The notes: generated from the sequence alone by a model not told the origin. DNA of 64,000 bases from Bacillota bacterium (GCA_023390655.1 JAEWCL010000004.1:92087-156086), one strand, 5' to 3'. Positions 1-9,960 are shown, counted from the first letter of the stretch. Numbers and translations are program-made.

Positions 1-2
1 CA

Positions 3-995
3 AACACCTACTATACCGCTTACCGCGCGGACTTTGAGGCGGAATACGGGCAGGACCTGCGCCTGTTTGCAAAGGATGCGGCGGCCTTTGCCGCCTTCCT
101 TACAAGGCTTACCGCGGAGCAGCAGGCTTCGCCCACATCTTCGCCCTCGCCCTCGGTACGGCCTACGGTGCAGAATGCGCCCCTGTCCGGCTTTATCAAA
201 ATTGGCGCGGACAATCTGCTAACGGATTTTACGGTAGACCTTCCGTCCGACTGCACCTTTACAACCGGCATGTACGACGCCAGCTACCGTCGCAACGGGC
301 TTTACGCCGGGTATATCGGTTTGATCGGCTATTATTCCGACATGGGCTACGGTCAGTTGACCAACAACCATACGGAAACAATCGGAGAATGGGAGGAAGC
401 AACGGTCAGCTTCCAAAATGGCGGCGCGTGGACAAACGGCATTGAGAAGATTGTGGTCAACCGTTTTCAGAGCGATGATTACGACGATGTCCACAGCGGC
501 AGGCTCTACGACCATACGACCTATAATTTGATCTTCAAGGAGGTACGGACAGCCAAGAACAGCCATACGGGCGAAACGTATACCTACCAGAATTGCTATC
601 AGCTCGATTTCACTACAGCCTATTACGACGAAAACGGCAATCCCACTACGGTTTTCACCGAGGAGGAGATTGCGGCCATGGTGCGCTCCTTCGCGCTCAA
701 GGGCGACAGCATCTATGCGCCCGCAAAGGGCTTTACCGAACTGTACGATGTCGCGGAAGACCTCCTGATACAGGCGCTGTACGCGGGCGAAGCGCCGGAG
801 GCGCGAGCAATGTACGAGGCGATGGGAAAACCCGATCCGATCCAGAAGGAAGAGATTTTATGGGGATCCTGGGTAGCCGCAGAGGACGGAAGGCGCATAT
901 TTTATTGGGAATTTGAAAAAGGCGGCGCCAAAGCTCAGGTCCGTATCGATCTGGATACGGATGAGGTACTCGGCCTAACCTGGACGATGCTATAA
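3..995 (+). CDS. hypothetical protein (5' end outside window), PepSY-like C-terminus
   Basis: The frame of listed ORF 168..995 stays open back to nt 3 (NTYYTAYRADFEAEYGQDLRLF...), so the gene is cut by the window edge. No catalytic motif recognised. C-terminal WEFEKGGAKAQVRIDLDTDEVLGL resembles PepSY-type ends. Confidence 0.5.
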   Translation, partial: NTYYTAYRADFEAEYGQDLRLFAKDAAAFAAFLTRLTAEQQASPTSSPSPSVRPTVQNAPLSGFIKIGADNLLTDFTVDLPSDCTFTTGMYDASYRRNGLYAGYIGLIGYYSDMGYGQLTNNHTETIGEWEEATVSFQNGGAWTNGIEKIVVNRFQSDDYDDVHSGRLYDHTTYNLIFKEVRTAKNSHTGETYTYQNCYQLDFTTAYYDENGNPTTVFTEEEIAAMVRSFALKGDSIYAPAKGFTELYDVAEDLLIQALYAGEAPEARAMYEAMGKPDPIQKEEILWGSWVAAEDGRRIFYWEFEKGGAKAQVRIDLDTDEVLGLTWTML

Positions 996-1012
996 TACCG
1001 GATTTGATAAAC

Positions 1013-1076
1013 AACCGGCGGCACGCGCCCCCTGGCACCGTTTCCGTGGTGCCGCGGGGTTCCTGCCGCCGGTTTT
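1013..1076. terminator. stem-loop between convergent genes (candidate bidirectional terminator)
   Basis: AACCGGCGGCA (1013-1023) pairs with TGCCGCCGGTT (1064-1074), with an inner GGCACC/GGTGCC stem and a short T-run. It lies between the stops of 3..995(+) and 1108..1971(-). Confidence 0.4.
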
Positions 1077-1107
1077 ATCATTCAAAGGCCATGCTTGTAA
1101 GCGCTAT

Positions 1108-1971
1108 TTAGAACATACCCGGCATCCAAAATGCCAGAACCACTCCCACAATGAACGACGCCATGTTTGCCGCAAGCGCATAAATCCAAGGCTTCCATAC
1201 GGAAATCTTTTTTTCGCTGCGCTTTTTGAGGCAAACCGCGTAAAGAGCGGCCTCCACAAGGACTATCACGAGTTCAAGCAAAACGTAGAACAGTAAAAAC
1301 CCGAGCATGCCCATGTGATAGTTGATGACATTCAGTGCCACGTTCAACGCAAGCTGCGTAACGACATTGATGATGACGATCAAGCGGAACACGCGCTTTT
1401 CCCGAAACCCAAACAGCAGCGCAATCCCAAGCTCAACGGCAATGGTCAGCACTACACGCACAAACAGCGAAATTGCTTCCGCGGTATAGTCATAGGATGG
1501 TATCACGCGCAGGCCGCCATCCTGCGGCTCTGCAGTAAAGTAGCTGTCAAACGCATAGCGCGCATAGCTGTCGCCGCTTACAGCAAATTCGTCCGCCACA
1601 GGAAAATACAGCAGCACTTTGAATTCCTGCGGGGGATAATACGTCCAGCTGAACTGCTGCGTCTCCGAGCAATCCTGAAAGTTCTGGAGAAAATAAAATC
1701 CATCCGTATCCTTGTATTGCGCAAATTTCTCAAAAATCTCGTAATCCGCGTCGCCTTCCTGATAGCGCCGATATTCGCCGCCGGTATCCTCCACCGCTGA
1801 AAACGGACCTGTCGATTTCTCTTTTGAAAGCAGCGTGGCGTAATAGCGTTCCCCTTCCAACCCCTGAAAGCCGATCACAACCGACGGCTTTGGACCTATA
1901 TCCGCAACAGCGGTCAAGGGCACAGAAAGGATCATTAGCGCGCAAACCAGCATGAGGATTTTCTTTTTCAT
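1108..1971 (-). CDS. uncharacterised membrane protein (signal peptide, ~170-aa extracytoplasmic domain, C-terminal multi-helix block)
   Basis: ORF 1108..2028. Likely start is MKKKILMLVCALMILSVPLTAVA at nt 1971 (classic signal sequence). The C-terminal half has four hydrophobic helices (e.g. LIVIINVVTQLALNVALNVI, MLGFLLFYVLLELVIVLVEAALYAV). No family recognised. Confidence 0.6.
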   Translation of the reverse strand: MKKKILMLVCALMILSVPLTAVADIGPKPSVVIGFQGLEGERYYATLLSKEKSTGPFSAVEDTGGEYRRYQEGDADYEIFEKFAQYKDTDGFYFLQNFQDCSETQQFSWTYYPPQEFKVLLYFPVADEFAVSGDSYARYAFDSYFTAEPQDGGLRVIPSYDYTAEAISLFVRVVLTIAVELGIALLFGFREKRVFRLIVIINVVTQLALNVALNVINYHMGMLGFLLFYVLLELVIVLVEAALYAVCLKKRSEKKISVWKPWIYALAANMASFIVGVVLAFWMPGMF

Positions 1972-1984
1972 TACTGCCCCCATC

Positions 1985-2413
1985 TTAAGCAAGTGGATGC
2001 TTATCGCAATAGGCCTGCGCCCATGCAAGGAGCCTAGGCTGTATGTCCGGATACGTCCACCGCGCGGGCAACGCGTCCATGAAACACATGCTCCTCATTT
2101 CCATATCCGGCAGCTCGCCAAATGTGTCAACCTCCGCAACATAGAGCATGCCGAAGCTTTCCTCTCCATCGCAGCAAACAGAATAAGCGCCGACCTGTGC
2201 AAGCGTATAAGAAAGCGCGCCCGTCTCTTCAAACAGCTCCCGTTTTGCGGTATACAGGATCTCCTCCCCCGGTTCCCTGTGCCCGCCGGGAATCTCGTAC
2301 GTATCCCGTTCTTTGTGCATGCAGAACACCCACCTGCCCGCATGGCGCGCGGCAATGACGGCAAATTTTAACCGTTCATCCGGCACATTCTCATGAAACG
2401 CTACCTGGATCAT
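1985..2413 (-). CDS. NUDIX hydrolase
   Basis: Nudix box GGHREPGEEILYTAKRELFEETG (GX5EX7REUXEEXGU). 4-nt start/stop overlap with the upstream nnr. Confidence 0.85.
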   Translation of the reverse strand: MIQVAFHENVPDERLKFAVIAARHAGRWVFCMHKERDTYEIPGGHREPGEEILYTAKRELFEETGALSYTLAQVGAYSVCCDGEESFGMLYVAEVDTFGELPDMEMRSMCFMDALPARWTYPDIQPRLLAWAQAYCDKHPLA

Positions 2414-3915
2414 ACGTTCTCCGATCGTCCTTCATCCGCGCCCAGCGCCGCAATGACGTCCGTTGCCGACAGCATACGTGTTTGCAGCAGCGCATACGCC
2501 TTTTCCGCCGTGCTTCCAAGCAGGTATGCGCCCGCACACGCGGCGTCGTAAGCTATGAGACCCTGCGCCAGCAGCGAAAGCGTGATGCCTGTGAGCACAT
2601 CCCCGCTGCCGCCCTTTGCAAGGCCCGCGTTTCCTGTGGTATTGAGGCAGGTGCGCCTGCCGTCGGATATGACGGAGGTCGCCCCTTTTAATATGACCGT
2701 GCAGCCCCAACTTTCCGCAGCCCGCCTTGCGGTATCGACGGGCATCTTTACAATAGGCTCCGCTTCCCCTTCTATCAGGCGCGCCATTTCCACAGGATGC
2801 GGGGTGAGAATCACCTGATTGTGCAACAGCGAAAACAGTTCCCTGTGTTTTGCAAGCGTATTCAAGCCGTCCGCATCGATGACCAGCGGTTTTTTCGTTT
2901 GCAGCAGTTCCTTTAGCAGCGGCGCAATCCCTTCTCCCCCGCCAAGCCCGGGGCCAATCGCAAGGACGTCCGCTTTTTCAATAAGCTCCGGCGCTTCCTG
3001 CGCCGCATCAATCGTCCAATCCTCACCGCCACCCACCGGATGGCAGATCGCCCCTGGACATTGCGCAAAGGACGGCTGGATGCCTTTTGGCACCGCCACA
3101 TGTAAAAGCCCGCACCCGCCGCGCAACGCGGCGTTGGCGGCAAGCAAGGCAGCCCCCGCATAATGCTTGCTTCCAGCAACAAGCAGCGCCCGCCCGTTCT
3201 TCCCCTTATGGCTGTCCTGCGGGCGCGCGGGCAGGAGGCGGCGGACATCGCTTTCCTCCAGAACAAACGCGGCCTCAGGTATTTGCAGCGCGGGGCCGAT
3301 CGGCACCTCAACGACCTCCCCTGCATAGGTGCGCCCGGGGAAGAGCAGGTGTCCAAGCTTCCTGTGCTGAAAAGTCACCGTAACATGCGCGCGCACGGCA
3401 ACGCCAAGCACTTGCCCGGTTTCTCCATCGATGCCTGAAGGGATATCCACAGATACCACAGGAATGCCGGAAGCGTTCATACGGCCAATGGCGTGTGCGA
3501 ACACGCCCTCTACCGCACGGCTGAGCCCTGTGCCAAAGAGCGCGTCAACTAACACATCGGCTTTAAGGGGAGACTCTTCCCCGTCTGAAGCATCCAGTAT
3601 GGGAATGCCGCAGGCTTTGGCCATTTCATACTGCAGCAGCGCGTCGCCCTTGAGGCTTTTCGGCGGCACAAGCAGCACGCCCTGCGCCGGTACCCCCAGC
3701 GTGTGCAGCTGTCGCAGCGCGGACAACCCGTCCCCGCCATTGTTTCCGCCGCCGCAGAGTGACATCACCCGTCCGCCTTCCGGCAGCAGGCCCAAAACGG
3801 TTTTTGCCACACCCGCAGCCGCATGCTCCATGAGCACAAGGCCGGGGATGTGGCAATCCTTCATCATCCTGTCTTCCATTGCGCGCATCTGCGCGGGAGT
3901 AAGCGCCTGGCGCAT
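2410..3915 (-). CDS. nnr: bifunctional NAD(P)H-hydrate repair enzyme (epimerase / ADP-dependent dehydratase)
   Basis: 501 aa. N-terminal YjeF_N-like half (CGGGNNGGDG) and C-terminal carbohydrate-kinase-like half (AGLAKGGSGDVLTG). Confidence 0.9.
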   Translation of the reverse strand: MRQALTPAQMRAMEDRMMKDCHIPGLVLMEHAAAGVAKTVLGLLPEGGRVMSLCGGGNNGGDGLSALRQLHTLGVPAQGVLLVPPKSLKGDALLQYEMAKACGIPILDASDGEESPLKADVLVDALFGTGLSRAVEGVFAHAIGRMNASGIPVVSVDIPSGIDGETGQVLGVAVRAHVTVTFQHRKLGHLLFPGRTYAGEVVEVPIGPALQIPEAAFVLEESDVRRLLPARPQDSHKGKNGRALLVAGSKHYAGAALLAANAALRGGCGLLHVAVPKGIQPSFAQCPGAICHPVGGGEDWTIDAAQEAPELIEKADVLAIGPGLGGGEGIAPLLKELLQTKKPLVIDADGLNTLAKHRELFSLLHNQVILTPHPVEMARLIEGEAEPIVKMPVDTARRAAESWGCTVILKGATSVISDGRRTCLNTTGNAGLAKGGSGDVLTGITLSLLAQGLIAYDAACAGAYLLGSTAEKAYALLQTRMLSATDVIAALGADEGRSENV

Positions 3916-3931
3916 AAGACGCCTCCTTAGA

Positions 3932-5074
3932 TCATGATAACTCCTTCATTGGCCGGTAGCCGCCGGTGTGGACGCGGGGCACCCGGTCGCTGATGCTCAA
4001 TAAAATCTCATAGCTGATGGTATCGGCAAGCTGCGCCATTTCGTCCGCATCAAAGCAGGCGTCTCCCTGGCAGCCGAGCAGCACAGCTTCATCCCCTACC
4101 TTCACGCCGGGGACCCCTGTAACATCCGCCATGCACTGGTCCATGCAGACAGCGCCCACCACAGGCACGCGCGTATCGTGAATCACGACATACGCCTTAT
4201 TGGAAAGGGAGCGCTTGTACCCGTCCCCGTAACCGACCGGCAGCGTCGCGATCATACGCCGCTCCTTCGCCATATAGTGGCGGCCATAGCTCACTGTATC
4301 GCCGGGATCGATCTCCTTGACGTGGGTGATGGCGGTCTTCCATGTGAGCACGGGCTTTAGTTCCACATCCTCCCCACAGCCGGGGCCGGGGTGATACCCG
4401 TACATGGCAATGCCCGCGCGCACCATGTCAAAGCTCAGCTCCGGCAAATCCAGCAGCGCCCCGCTGTTGCTCGCGTGGAGCATCGGCGAAACGCCCATTT
4501 CCTTTGCGATATTGACAAAATCCAAAAAACGCTTCCCCTGCTCCAGGGTAAAGCTTTTATCCGCAATTTCGCTTACGGCAAAATGTGTAAAGAGGCCTTC
4601 CAAAAAGATATTGGGACACTCCAGCGCTCTTCTGAGCAGGATGCGGAACGCGCCGATGGTTTTCACGCCGATACGGTTCATGCCCGTATCCGCCTTGATG
4701 TGGATGCGGCAGACGGTATTGTGCTTTATCGCCTCGCCCTGCAGCGCCTCCAAAAGCTCCATGCTGTATACGGATGGAATCAGGTTGTAGGCCACCACAA
4801 GCTCCGCGGCCTCGGGCAGCATACCGCCCAATATCAAAATATTGGCGGTGACGCCCGCATCCCTTAGGCGCATCCCTTCCTCTGGGATGGAAACACCCAA
4901 ATACTCTACACCCGCATGCTGGGCCGCAAGGGAGGTCTCCACGATTCCATGGCCATAGGCGTTGGCTTTCACCACTGCCATGAATTTCGTATCCTTGCCT
5001 ACATGTTCACGCAGGGCCTTGATATTGTGGCGCAGCGCGTCCAAATCAACGATGGCATGTGTCGGTCGAAGCAT
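3932..5074 (-). CDS. alr: alanine racemase
   Basis: PLP-lysine motif AVVKANAYGHG near the N-terminus. 380 aa, typical Alr length and C-terminal beta domain. Confidence 0.95.
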   Translation of the reverse strand: MLRPTHAIVDLDALRHNIKALREHVGKDTKFMAVVKANAYGHGIVETSLAAQHAGVEYLGVSIPEEGMRLRDAGVTANILILGGMLPEAAELVVAYNLIPSVYSMELLEALQGEAIKHNTVCRIHIKADTGMNRIGVKTIGAFRILLRRALECPNIFLEGLFTHFAVSEIADKSFTLEQGKRFLDFVNIAKEMGVSPMLHASNSGALLDLPELSFDMVRAGIAMYGYHPGPGCGEDVELKPVLTWKTAITHVKEIDPGDTVSYGRHYMAKERRMIATLPVGYGDGYKRSLSNKAYVVIHDTRVPVVGAVCMDQCMADVTGVPGVKVGDEAVLLGCQGDACFDADEMAQLADTISYEILLSISDRVPRVHTGGYRPMKELS

Positions 5075-5089
5075 AGCGTCCTCCCCGTA

Positions 5090-6259
5090 TTATGCATCCA
5101 TCAGATGCACGGTCTGCCCGTTGATGATGGTGCGCAGACAATGGCTGCGGACATCGAGCGGGTGCCCGTCATAAATGGTGATGTCCGCATCCTTGCCGAC
5201 TTCCAGGCTGCCTACGTGCGCGCCAAGGCCCACGATATTTGCTGCATTGATGGTGATGGAGCGGAGGGCGGCGTCCTCGGGCAACCCTTCCCGCACGCAC
5301 AGCGCCGCGCAGACCGGCAGGTGCTGTATGGGAATAACGGGGTGGTCCGTCATCAGCGCGAACGGAATGCCCGCCTCATGCATGAGCATGGGCGCGCGGA
5401 ATGTCATGTTTTTCAGCTCTATTTTGGAGCGGTCGGAAAACAACGGCCCAAGGATGATACCCGCGCCAAGCGCTTCCGTTTGCTCCTTCAATACGTCCAA
5501 TATCAGATGCCCTTCCGTGCAGTGATCGATCGTTACGCGAAGGTTGAATTCCTTTGCAAGGCGCAAGCTCGTCAGGATATCGTCCGCGCGATGGGCATGC
5601 ATTTTCAGCTTCAGTTCCCCGCGCAAAACGGGCAGCAGCGCCTCTATGCCAAGATCGCGGTCGGGCAGCTTGTCCTCATCCTCTTCGCCAAGCTTGAGTT
5701 TGCGTTCATATTCCTGCGCCTCAACCATTGCGCCGCGGAAAATCGCCGCGATGGCCATGCGCGTATAGGGCGCTTCCTTTTGCTCCGCATACACGCGCTT
5801 GGGGTTTTCACCGAAGGCAGCCTTCATGGCGACAGGCTCCTTGATGAGCATTTCCTCGATATAGCGGCCATACGTTTTTAATGCCGCAAACTGCCCGCCG
5901 ATCACATTTGCGCTGCCGGGGCCGGTTACAACAGTGGTCACACCCGCCGCACGCGCCTCCTTAAAGCAGGGGTCAAACGGATTCAGGCCGTCTATCGCGC
6001 GCATCTGCGGGGTAACGGGGTCGGAATTTTCATTGCCGTCAGCGCCCTCATCCCCCATGCCGTCTTCCCACATGCCGATGTGGCAATGCGCATCCACAAA
6101 GCCGGGCAGCACGTATTGCCCCGTGCAATCCACAACTTCTGCGCCCTGCGCTTCCACATGCGCTCCAACTGCGGCAATTTTGCCGTCCTTTATCAATACA
6201 TCGCCCGTAAAGGCGGGGCCTGCCATGCTCAGTACAACGCCGTTTTTCAATAAAAGCAT
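5090..6259 (-). CDS. amidohydrolase family metallo-hydrolase
   Basis: ORF 5090..6322. Likely start MLLLKNGVVL (nt 6259). Metal motif PGFVDAHCHIGM (HxH) and typical amidohydrolase_1 layout. Substrate unknown. Confidence 0.85.
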   Translation of the reverse strand: MLLLKNGVVLSMAGPAFTGDVLIKDGKIAAVGAHVEAQGAEVVDCTGQYVLPGFVDAHCHIGMWEDGMGDEGADGNENSDPVTPQMRAIDGLNPFDPCFKEARAAGVTTVVTGPGSANVIGGQFAALKTYGRYIEEMLIKEPVAMKAAFGENPKRVYAEQKEAPYTRMAIAAIFRGAMVEAQEYERKLKLGEEDEDKLPDRDLGIEALLPVLRGELKLKMHAHRADDILTSLRLAKEFNLRVTIDHCTEGHLILDVLKEQTEALGAGIILGPLFSDRSKIELKNMTFRAPMLMHEAGIPFALMTDHPVIPIQHLPVCAALCVREGLPEDAALRSITINAANIVGLGAHVGSLEVGKDADITIYDGHPLDVRSHCLRTIINGQTVHLMDA

Positions 6260-6472
6260 TTCACATATCCTCCCGCATCTATTATTGCGCAATGTGCGCG
6301 CCGTTTGCAAGCGTATGCACAAAATCTATACATGTTTTCACCATCCGCTTCAAAATTTCTATATAAGAAATATCCCCGGTAACGCAACGCCTCCTTTCCC
6401 GGCGTCCAGATAAGAATCTTCAAGATATCTGGAAAATACGGGTATTCCCACCTGTTTCAACGGTTTTCTCAT

Positions 6473-6500
6473 TTGCACGCACCTTGTTTTATGATACAAT
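6473..6500 (+). promoter_or_regulatory. candidate sigma-A promoter of rsmD-coaD operon
   Basis: TTGCAC (6473-6478), 16-bp spacer, extended -10 TGaTACAAT (6492-6500), about 35 nt upstream of the rsmD start. Confidence 0.4.
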
Positions 6501-6535
6501 AATAGGCGAAAAATTTGGAATTCTTGGGAGGGGCA

Positions 6536-7081
6536 ATGCGCATTATCGCAGGTTCCGCGCGCGGGAGACAAATCCTTGCCCCGAAGGGACAAGCCACACG
6601 GCCGACACTGGACCGGGTGAAAGAATCGCTCTTTGGAATTCTGCAGTTTTCGCTTGCGGGCGCCCGCGTGCTGGACCTTTACGCGGGTTCAGGGAACCTT
6701 GGACTCGAAGCGCTTTCACGCGGGGCCGGCTATGCCGTTTTCAACGACCATAGCCGCGACTGCTGCGAGATCATCAAAAAAAACATCGAGACCCTGGGGT
6801 TTTCGGACCGGGCGCTCGTACTGCAGGCGGAAGCGCTTTCCGCAATCGAGCGGCTTACAGGCGGCGCACCGTTTGACCTGGTATTTTTAGATCCGCCCTA
6901 CCGTGCCGGCGCGCAGCAGGCGCTCGAAGCGCTGTTTTCCAAAGGATTGATTGCAGAGCGGGGGCAGGTCATCGTGGAGTATGCCCTAAAAGAGCCGCCA
7001 GCACCCGTAACCGGAGTGTTCGCCTGTGCGGATACCCGCAAGTACGGCGACACAGGGCTGAGTTTTTTTGTGGCTGATTAA
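6536..7081 (+). CDS. rsmD: 16S rRNA (guanine966-N2)-methyltransferase
   Basis: MRIIAGSARGRQILAPKG...TRPTLDRVKESLFGIL and the DPPY motif. ATG at 6536 follows GGGAGGGG. The listed ORF begins at TTG 6515. Confidence 0.9.
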   Translation: MRIIAGSARGRQILAPKGQATRPTLDRVKESLFGILQFSLAGARVLDLYAGSGNLGLEALSRGAGYAVFNDHSRDCCEIIKKNIETLGFSDRALVLQAEALSAIERLTGGAPFDLVFLDPPYRAGAQQALEALFSKGLIAERGQVIVEYALKEPPAPVTGVFACADTRKYGDTGLSFFVAD

Positions 7082-7100
7082 GTCAGAAAGGAAGACCCGA

Positions 7101-7589
7101 TTGCAGATAGGCGTTTACCCCGGCAGCTTTGACCCGCTGACCGAAGGGCACATGGATGTTTTACGGCGCGCCGCATCGCTTATGGGCCATGTGGTGGTGG
7201 CAGTACTGATCAACGCGGGAAAGCGTCCGTTTTTTACATTGGAAGAGCGGCTCTCCTTTATTGACGCCGCCGTTGCCGCGGAAGGCTTGACGAACGTTTC
7301 CTCCGGCTCCTTTGACGGGCTGCTGGTAGATTATGCGCACAGCATCGGCGCGCGGCACATCATCCGCGGACTTCGTGCGGTGATGGATTTTGAATATGAG
7401 TTTCAAATCAGCGCGATGAACCGCAGATTGGCACCCGACCTCGATACGGTATACTTTATGGCGGAGCCCGAGCATTCGTATCTCTCTTCAAGCGTTATAC
7501 GCGAAGTTTGCGCGCTGGGCGGCAATATCGACGATTTGGTACCCACAGTAAACAAGCGCACTATCATAGAAAGGTTGACAAAGCGATGA
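7101..7589 (+). CDS. coaD: phosphopantetheine adenylyltransferase
   Basis: IGVYPGSFDPLTEGHMDV (T/HxGH nucleotidyltransferase motif). TTG at 7101 is preceded by GAAAGGAAG at 6-nt spacing. The listed ORF starts at 7068. Confidence 0.9.
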   Translation: MQIGVYPGSFDPLTEGHMDVLRRAASLMGHVVVAVLINAGKRPFFTLEERLSFIDAAVAAEGLTNVSSGSFDGLLVDYAHSIGARHIIRGLRAVMDFEYEFQISAMNRRLAPDLDTVYFMAEPEHSYLSSSVIREVCALGGNIDDLVPTVNKRTIIERLTKR

Positions 7590-8404
7590 GCACACAAAAT
7601 GAGCAATCCTTGCGGATCTTCACCGTACTTTCCCAAATAGAGCAGGTGCTGGAGGGTGCGCCGCGCCAAAAATTTTCTTCCGGCAACCGCCGCATTGTGG
7701 ATGTGGACGAGCTTTACGATCTCCTTGGGGATTTAAAAGTTACCATACCGGAGGACATCCGCCGCGCAAACAGCGTGCTCATTGAAGCGGATACGCTCCT
7801 TGACCACGCCAACCAGGAAGCGGTGGACCTTGTGGAGCAGGCGCAGCGTGAGGCCGAAAAAATCCGCCGCCTGGCAGAAGAGGAATTTGAAGCGCGCGTT
7901 GCGGAGGATAAGGTCATGCTTGAGGTGCAGCGCCGCGCGGAGCTTCTGCAGCAACATGCGGAGCGCAACGCCAATATTGTTTACAACGGCGCAAAGCAGT
8001 ATGCCGATGAAATCTTGATGGATGTACAGCGCTACCTGGTGGAATACCAGAATATGGTCGCCCAGAACCGCATGGAGCTTGGCGTAGCGCAGGCGGAGCC
8101 TATGGCAGCCCCCGCTCCCCAGCAGCCGGCCCCGCAGCCGCAGGAACCGGCCGCAGCAGCACCCCAGCCTATGAGAAAACCGGTGGAGCCCCAGGCGCCT
8201 GAATTCCCGGAGGCGGAAGAAGAAGATTACGAAGAAGCGCAGCCCATCAAAAAGCGTAAGCGCGGCTGGTTCTTCCAACGGGATGATGACGACCTGTTTG
8301 ATGAAGAGGATGTGCAAGAAGAAGCGCCGCTGGAAGAGGAGCCCAAGGTCCGCCATGCAAAGCGCAGGCGTGAAGAAGACCTTGACCTGGATTTGGATGA
8401 ATAA
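7586..8404 (+). CDS. coiled-coil protein with Pro/Ala-rich and acidic low-complexity tail (often annotated 'ATPase'/ATP-synthase-b-like)
   Basis: Start MSTQNEQSL at 7586 overlaps the coaD stop (ATGA). The central region is heptad-like Glu/Arg/Ala-rich (EQAQREAEKIRRLAEEEFEARVAEDK). The tail is PQQPAPQPQEPAAAAPQP followed by an E/D-rich run. Function not inferable. Confidence 0.6.
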   Translation: MSTQNEQSLRIFTVLSQIEQVLEGAPRQKFSSGNRRIVDVDELYDLLGDLKVTIPEDIRRANSVLIEADTLLDHANQEAVDLVEQAQREAEKIRRLAEEEFEARVAEDKVMLEVQRRAELLQQHAERNANIVYNGAKQYADEILMDVQRYLVEYQNMVAQNRMELGVAQAEPMAAPAPQQPAPQPQEPAAAAPQPMRKPVEPQAPEFPEAEEEDYEEAQPIKKRKRGWFFQRDDDDLFDEEDVQEEAPLEEEPKVRHAKRRREEDLDLDLDE

Positions 8405-8405
8405 G

Positions 8406-8440
8406 CAAAAAAGGCTGCCCGCACGGGCAGCTTTTTTTTA
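8406..8440. terminator. bidirectional rho-independent terminator
   Basis: AAAAAA-GGCTGCCCG-CA-CGGGCAGC-TTTTTTTT between convergent 7586..8404(+) and 8452..8985(-). Confidence 0.7.
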
Positions 8441-8451
8441 TTTGCAATCCT

Positions 8452-8985
8452 TTATTGCGCGCGTATGGCCTCCACAATCGGCGCAATGTGCCTGCGTTGG
8501 ACAAAACTGACCGTCTTTTTATAGGTACCGAGTATGCCTTTTTCGTCCTCATCCAGCATCTTTGGGTCCTTTTTGCGGATGGAGGAGACCAACAAAAACA
8601 TCATCAAACGGTCCACAATACCCATCCTGTTGTAGTCAAGCCCGCCGCGAAGCAAAAAAAGCGGCACACGCGCAAGCATTTCCGGCGTGAAATTGCCTTT
8701 TCTCACTTCTTCAAGCGCTTTCTCCCGCTGGAGCGTTGCGCCCACCGCAACAACAATCAGCCGTTTGTTTTGCAGCGTTTCATACTGCTTGCGGATACGG
8801 GAAAAGCCCAGCATGCCGCCCGCGTACAGCGCTCCGCAATAGACGATGGTTTCATAGCCGGAAAGCTGCTCCGCCCTGCACGTTCTAAAATCCAGAAGAT
8901 CGGCACCGGTTTCCTCCGCGATCCATTGCGCATAAGTGCGTGTTGTTCCGTACTTCGTCTGGTACGCCACCACAATGCTTCCCAT
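8452..8985 (-). CDS. flavodoxin-domain protein
   Basis: N-terminus MGSIVVAYQTKYGTTRTYAQWIAEETGADL is a typical flavodoxin-like FMN phosphate-binding start. 177 aa. Confidence 0.75.
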   Translation of the reverse strand: MGSIVVAYQTKYGTTRTYAQWIAEETGADLLDFRTCRAEQLSGYETIVYCGALYAGGMLGFSRIRKQYETLQNKRLIVVAVGATLQREKALEEVRKGNFTPEMLARVPLFLLRGGLDYNRMGIVDRLMMFLLVSSIRKKDPKMLDEDEKGILGTYKKTVSFVQRRHIAPIVEAIRAQ

Positions 8986-9018
8986 ACTTCCCCCTATAGA
9001 GAAGAATTATTCTATTGA

Positions 9019-9930
9019 TTATTCTCCAAGCAGTGCCGCGCAGAACGCTTCCGCGTCAAACGGCTGCAAATCTTCCATTTTTTCGCCTACGCCCACAAAG
9101 CGCACGGGCAGGCCGAGCGTTTCCTTGACCGCGACGGCCATGCCGCCTTTTGCGGTGCCGTCCAGCTTTGTGAGCACCACGTCGGTAAGCCCCGTCGCCT
9201 CTCCAAACGCCTTTGCCTGCGCGATGGCGTTCTGCCCGGTGGTCGCGTCGAGTACCAGCAGCACACGGCAGACGGCATCCGGCAGTTCCTTTGCAATCAC
9301 GCGCCGGATTTTTTCAAGCTCGTGCATCAGGTTCTTTTTGTTATGGAGCCTTCCCGCCGTATCGCAGATGAGAAGATCGCAGCCCCTTGCCTTAAAGGAA
9401 TAGATGGCGTCAAACACCACCGCCGCGGGGTCCGCGCCCTCCCCATGCCGTACCATGGGCACATTGGCGCGCTCCGCCCAGATGCCAAGCTGCTCGGCCG
9501 CAGCCGCGCGGAACGTATCCGCCGCGGCAAGCATTGGCTTCCTGCCCTGCTGTTTGTAGTAGGCGGAAAGCTTGCCGATGGAGGTGGTCTTCCCCACGCC
9601 GTTCACGCCGACGACCAGCAGCACGCACGGTCCCTGTTCGGGCAGGAACGCTTCCTCCGTGCGCATGTGGGAAGCGAGTATGCCTTTTAGCGCCTCACGC
9701 GCTTCCGCGGTATGGTGGAGCTTTTGCTCCTTTACGGCGTCCTTCAGTTCGTCAAGCAGGCGGCCTGTCAGCTCCGCACCTACGTCGGCCATGATGAGCG
9801 CTTCTTCCAGTTCCTCATAAAAATCATCATTGATGCTGTCCCGCCCCGAAAAAACGGAAGCTAAAAAGCTGTCCCTCGTCTTGCTTAAGCCCTGCTTGAG
9901 GCGCTCAAAGATGCCTTGTTTTTGTTCCAT
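9019..9930 (-). CDS. ftsY: signal recognition particle receptor FtsY
   Basis: SRP GTPase motifs GVNGVGKTTSIGKL, DTAGR, TKLDG. ATG at 9930 (MEQKQGIFERLK) is preceded by GAAGGAAGGA. The listed ORF starts at 9957. Confidence 0.95.
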   Translation of the reverse strand: MEQKQGIFERLKQGLSKTRDSFLASVFSGRDSINDDFYEELEEALIMADVGAELTGRLLDELKDAVKEQKLHHTAEAREALKGILASHMRTEEAFLPEQGPCVLLVVGVNGVGKTTSIGKLSAYYKQQGRKPMLAAADTFRAAAAEQLGIWAERANVPMVRHGEGADPAAVVFDAIYSFKARGCDLLICDTAGRLHNKKNLMHELEKIRRVIAKELPDAVCRVLLVLDATTGQNAIAQAKAFGEATGLTDVVLTKLDGTAKGGMAVAVKETLGLPVRFVGVGEKMEDLQPFDAEAFCAALLGE

Positions 9931-9960
9931 AGTCGTCCTTCCTTCATAAAAGACCAATGA

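Noticed and set aside
4916-5881. 321-aa ORF on the plus strand opposite the amidohydrolase gene
   Set aside because: It lies fully inside and antisense to a gene with clear family motifs. The composition is Arg/Ala/Gly/His-rich, typical of shadow ORFs in GC-rich DNA. No SD and no recognisable domain.
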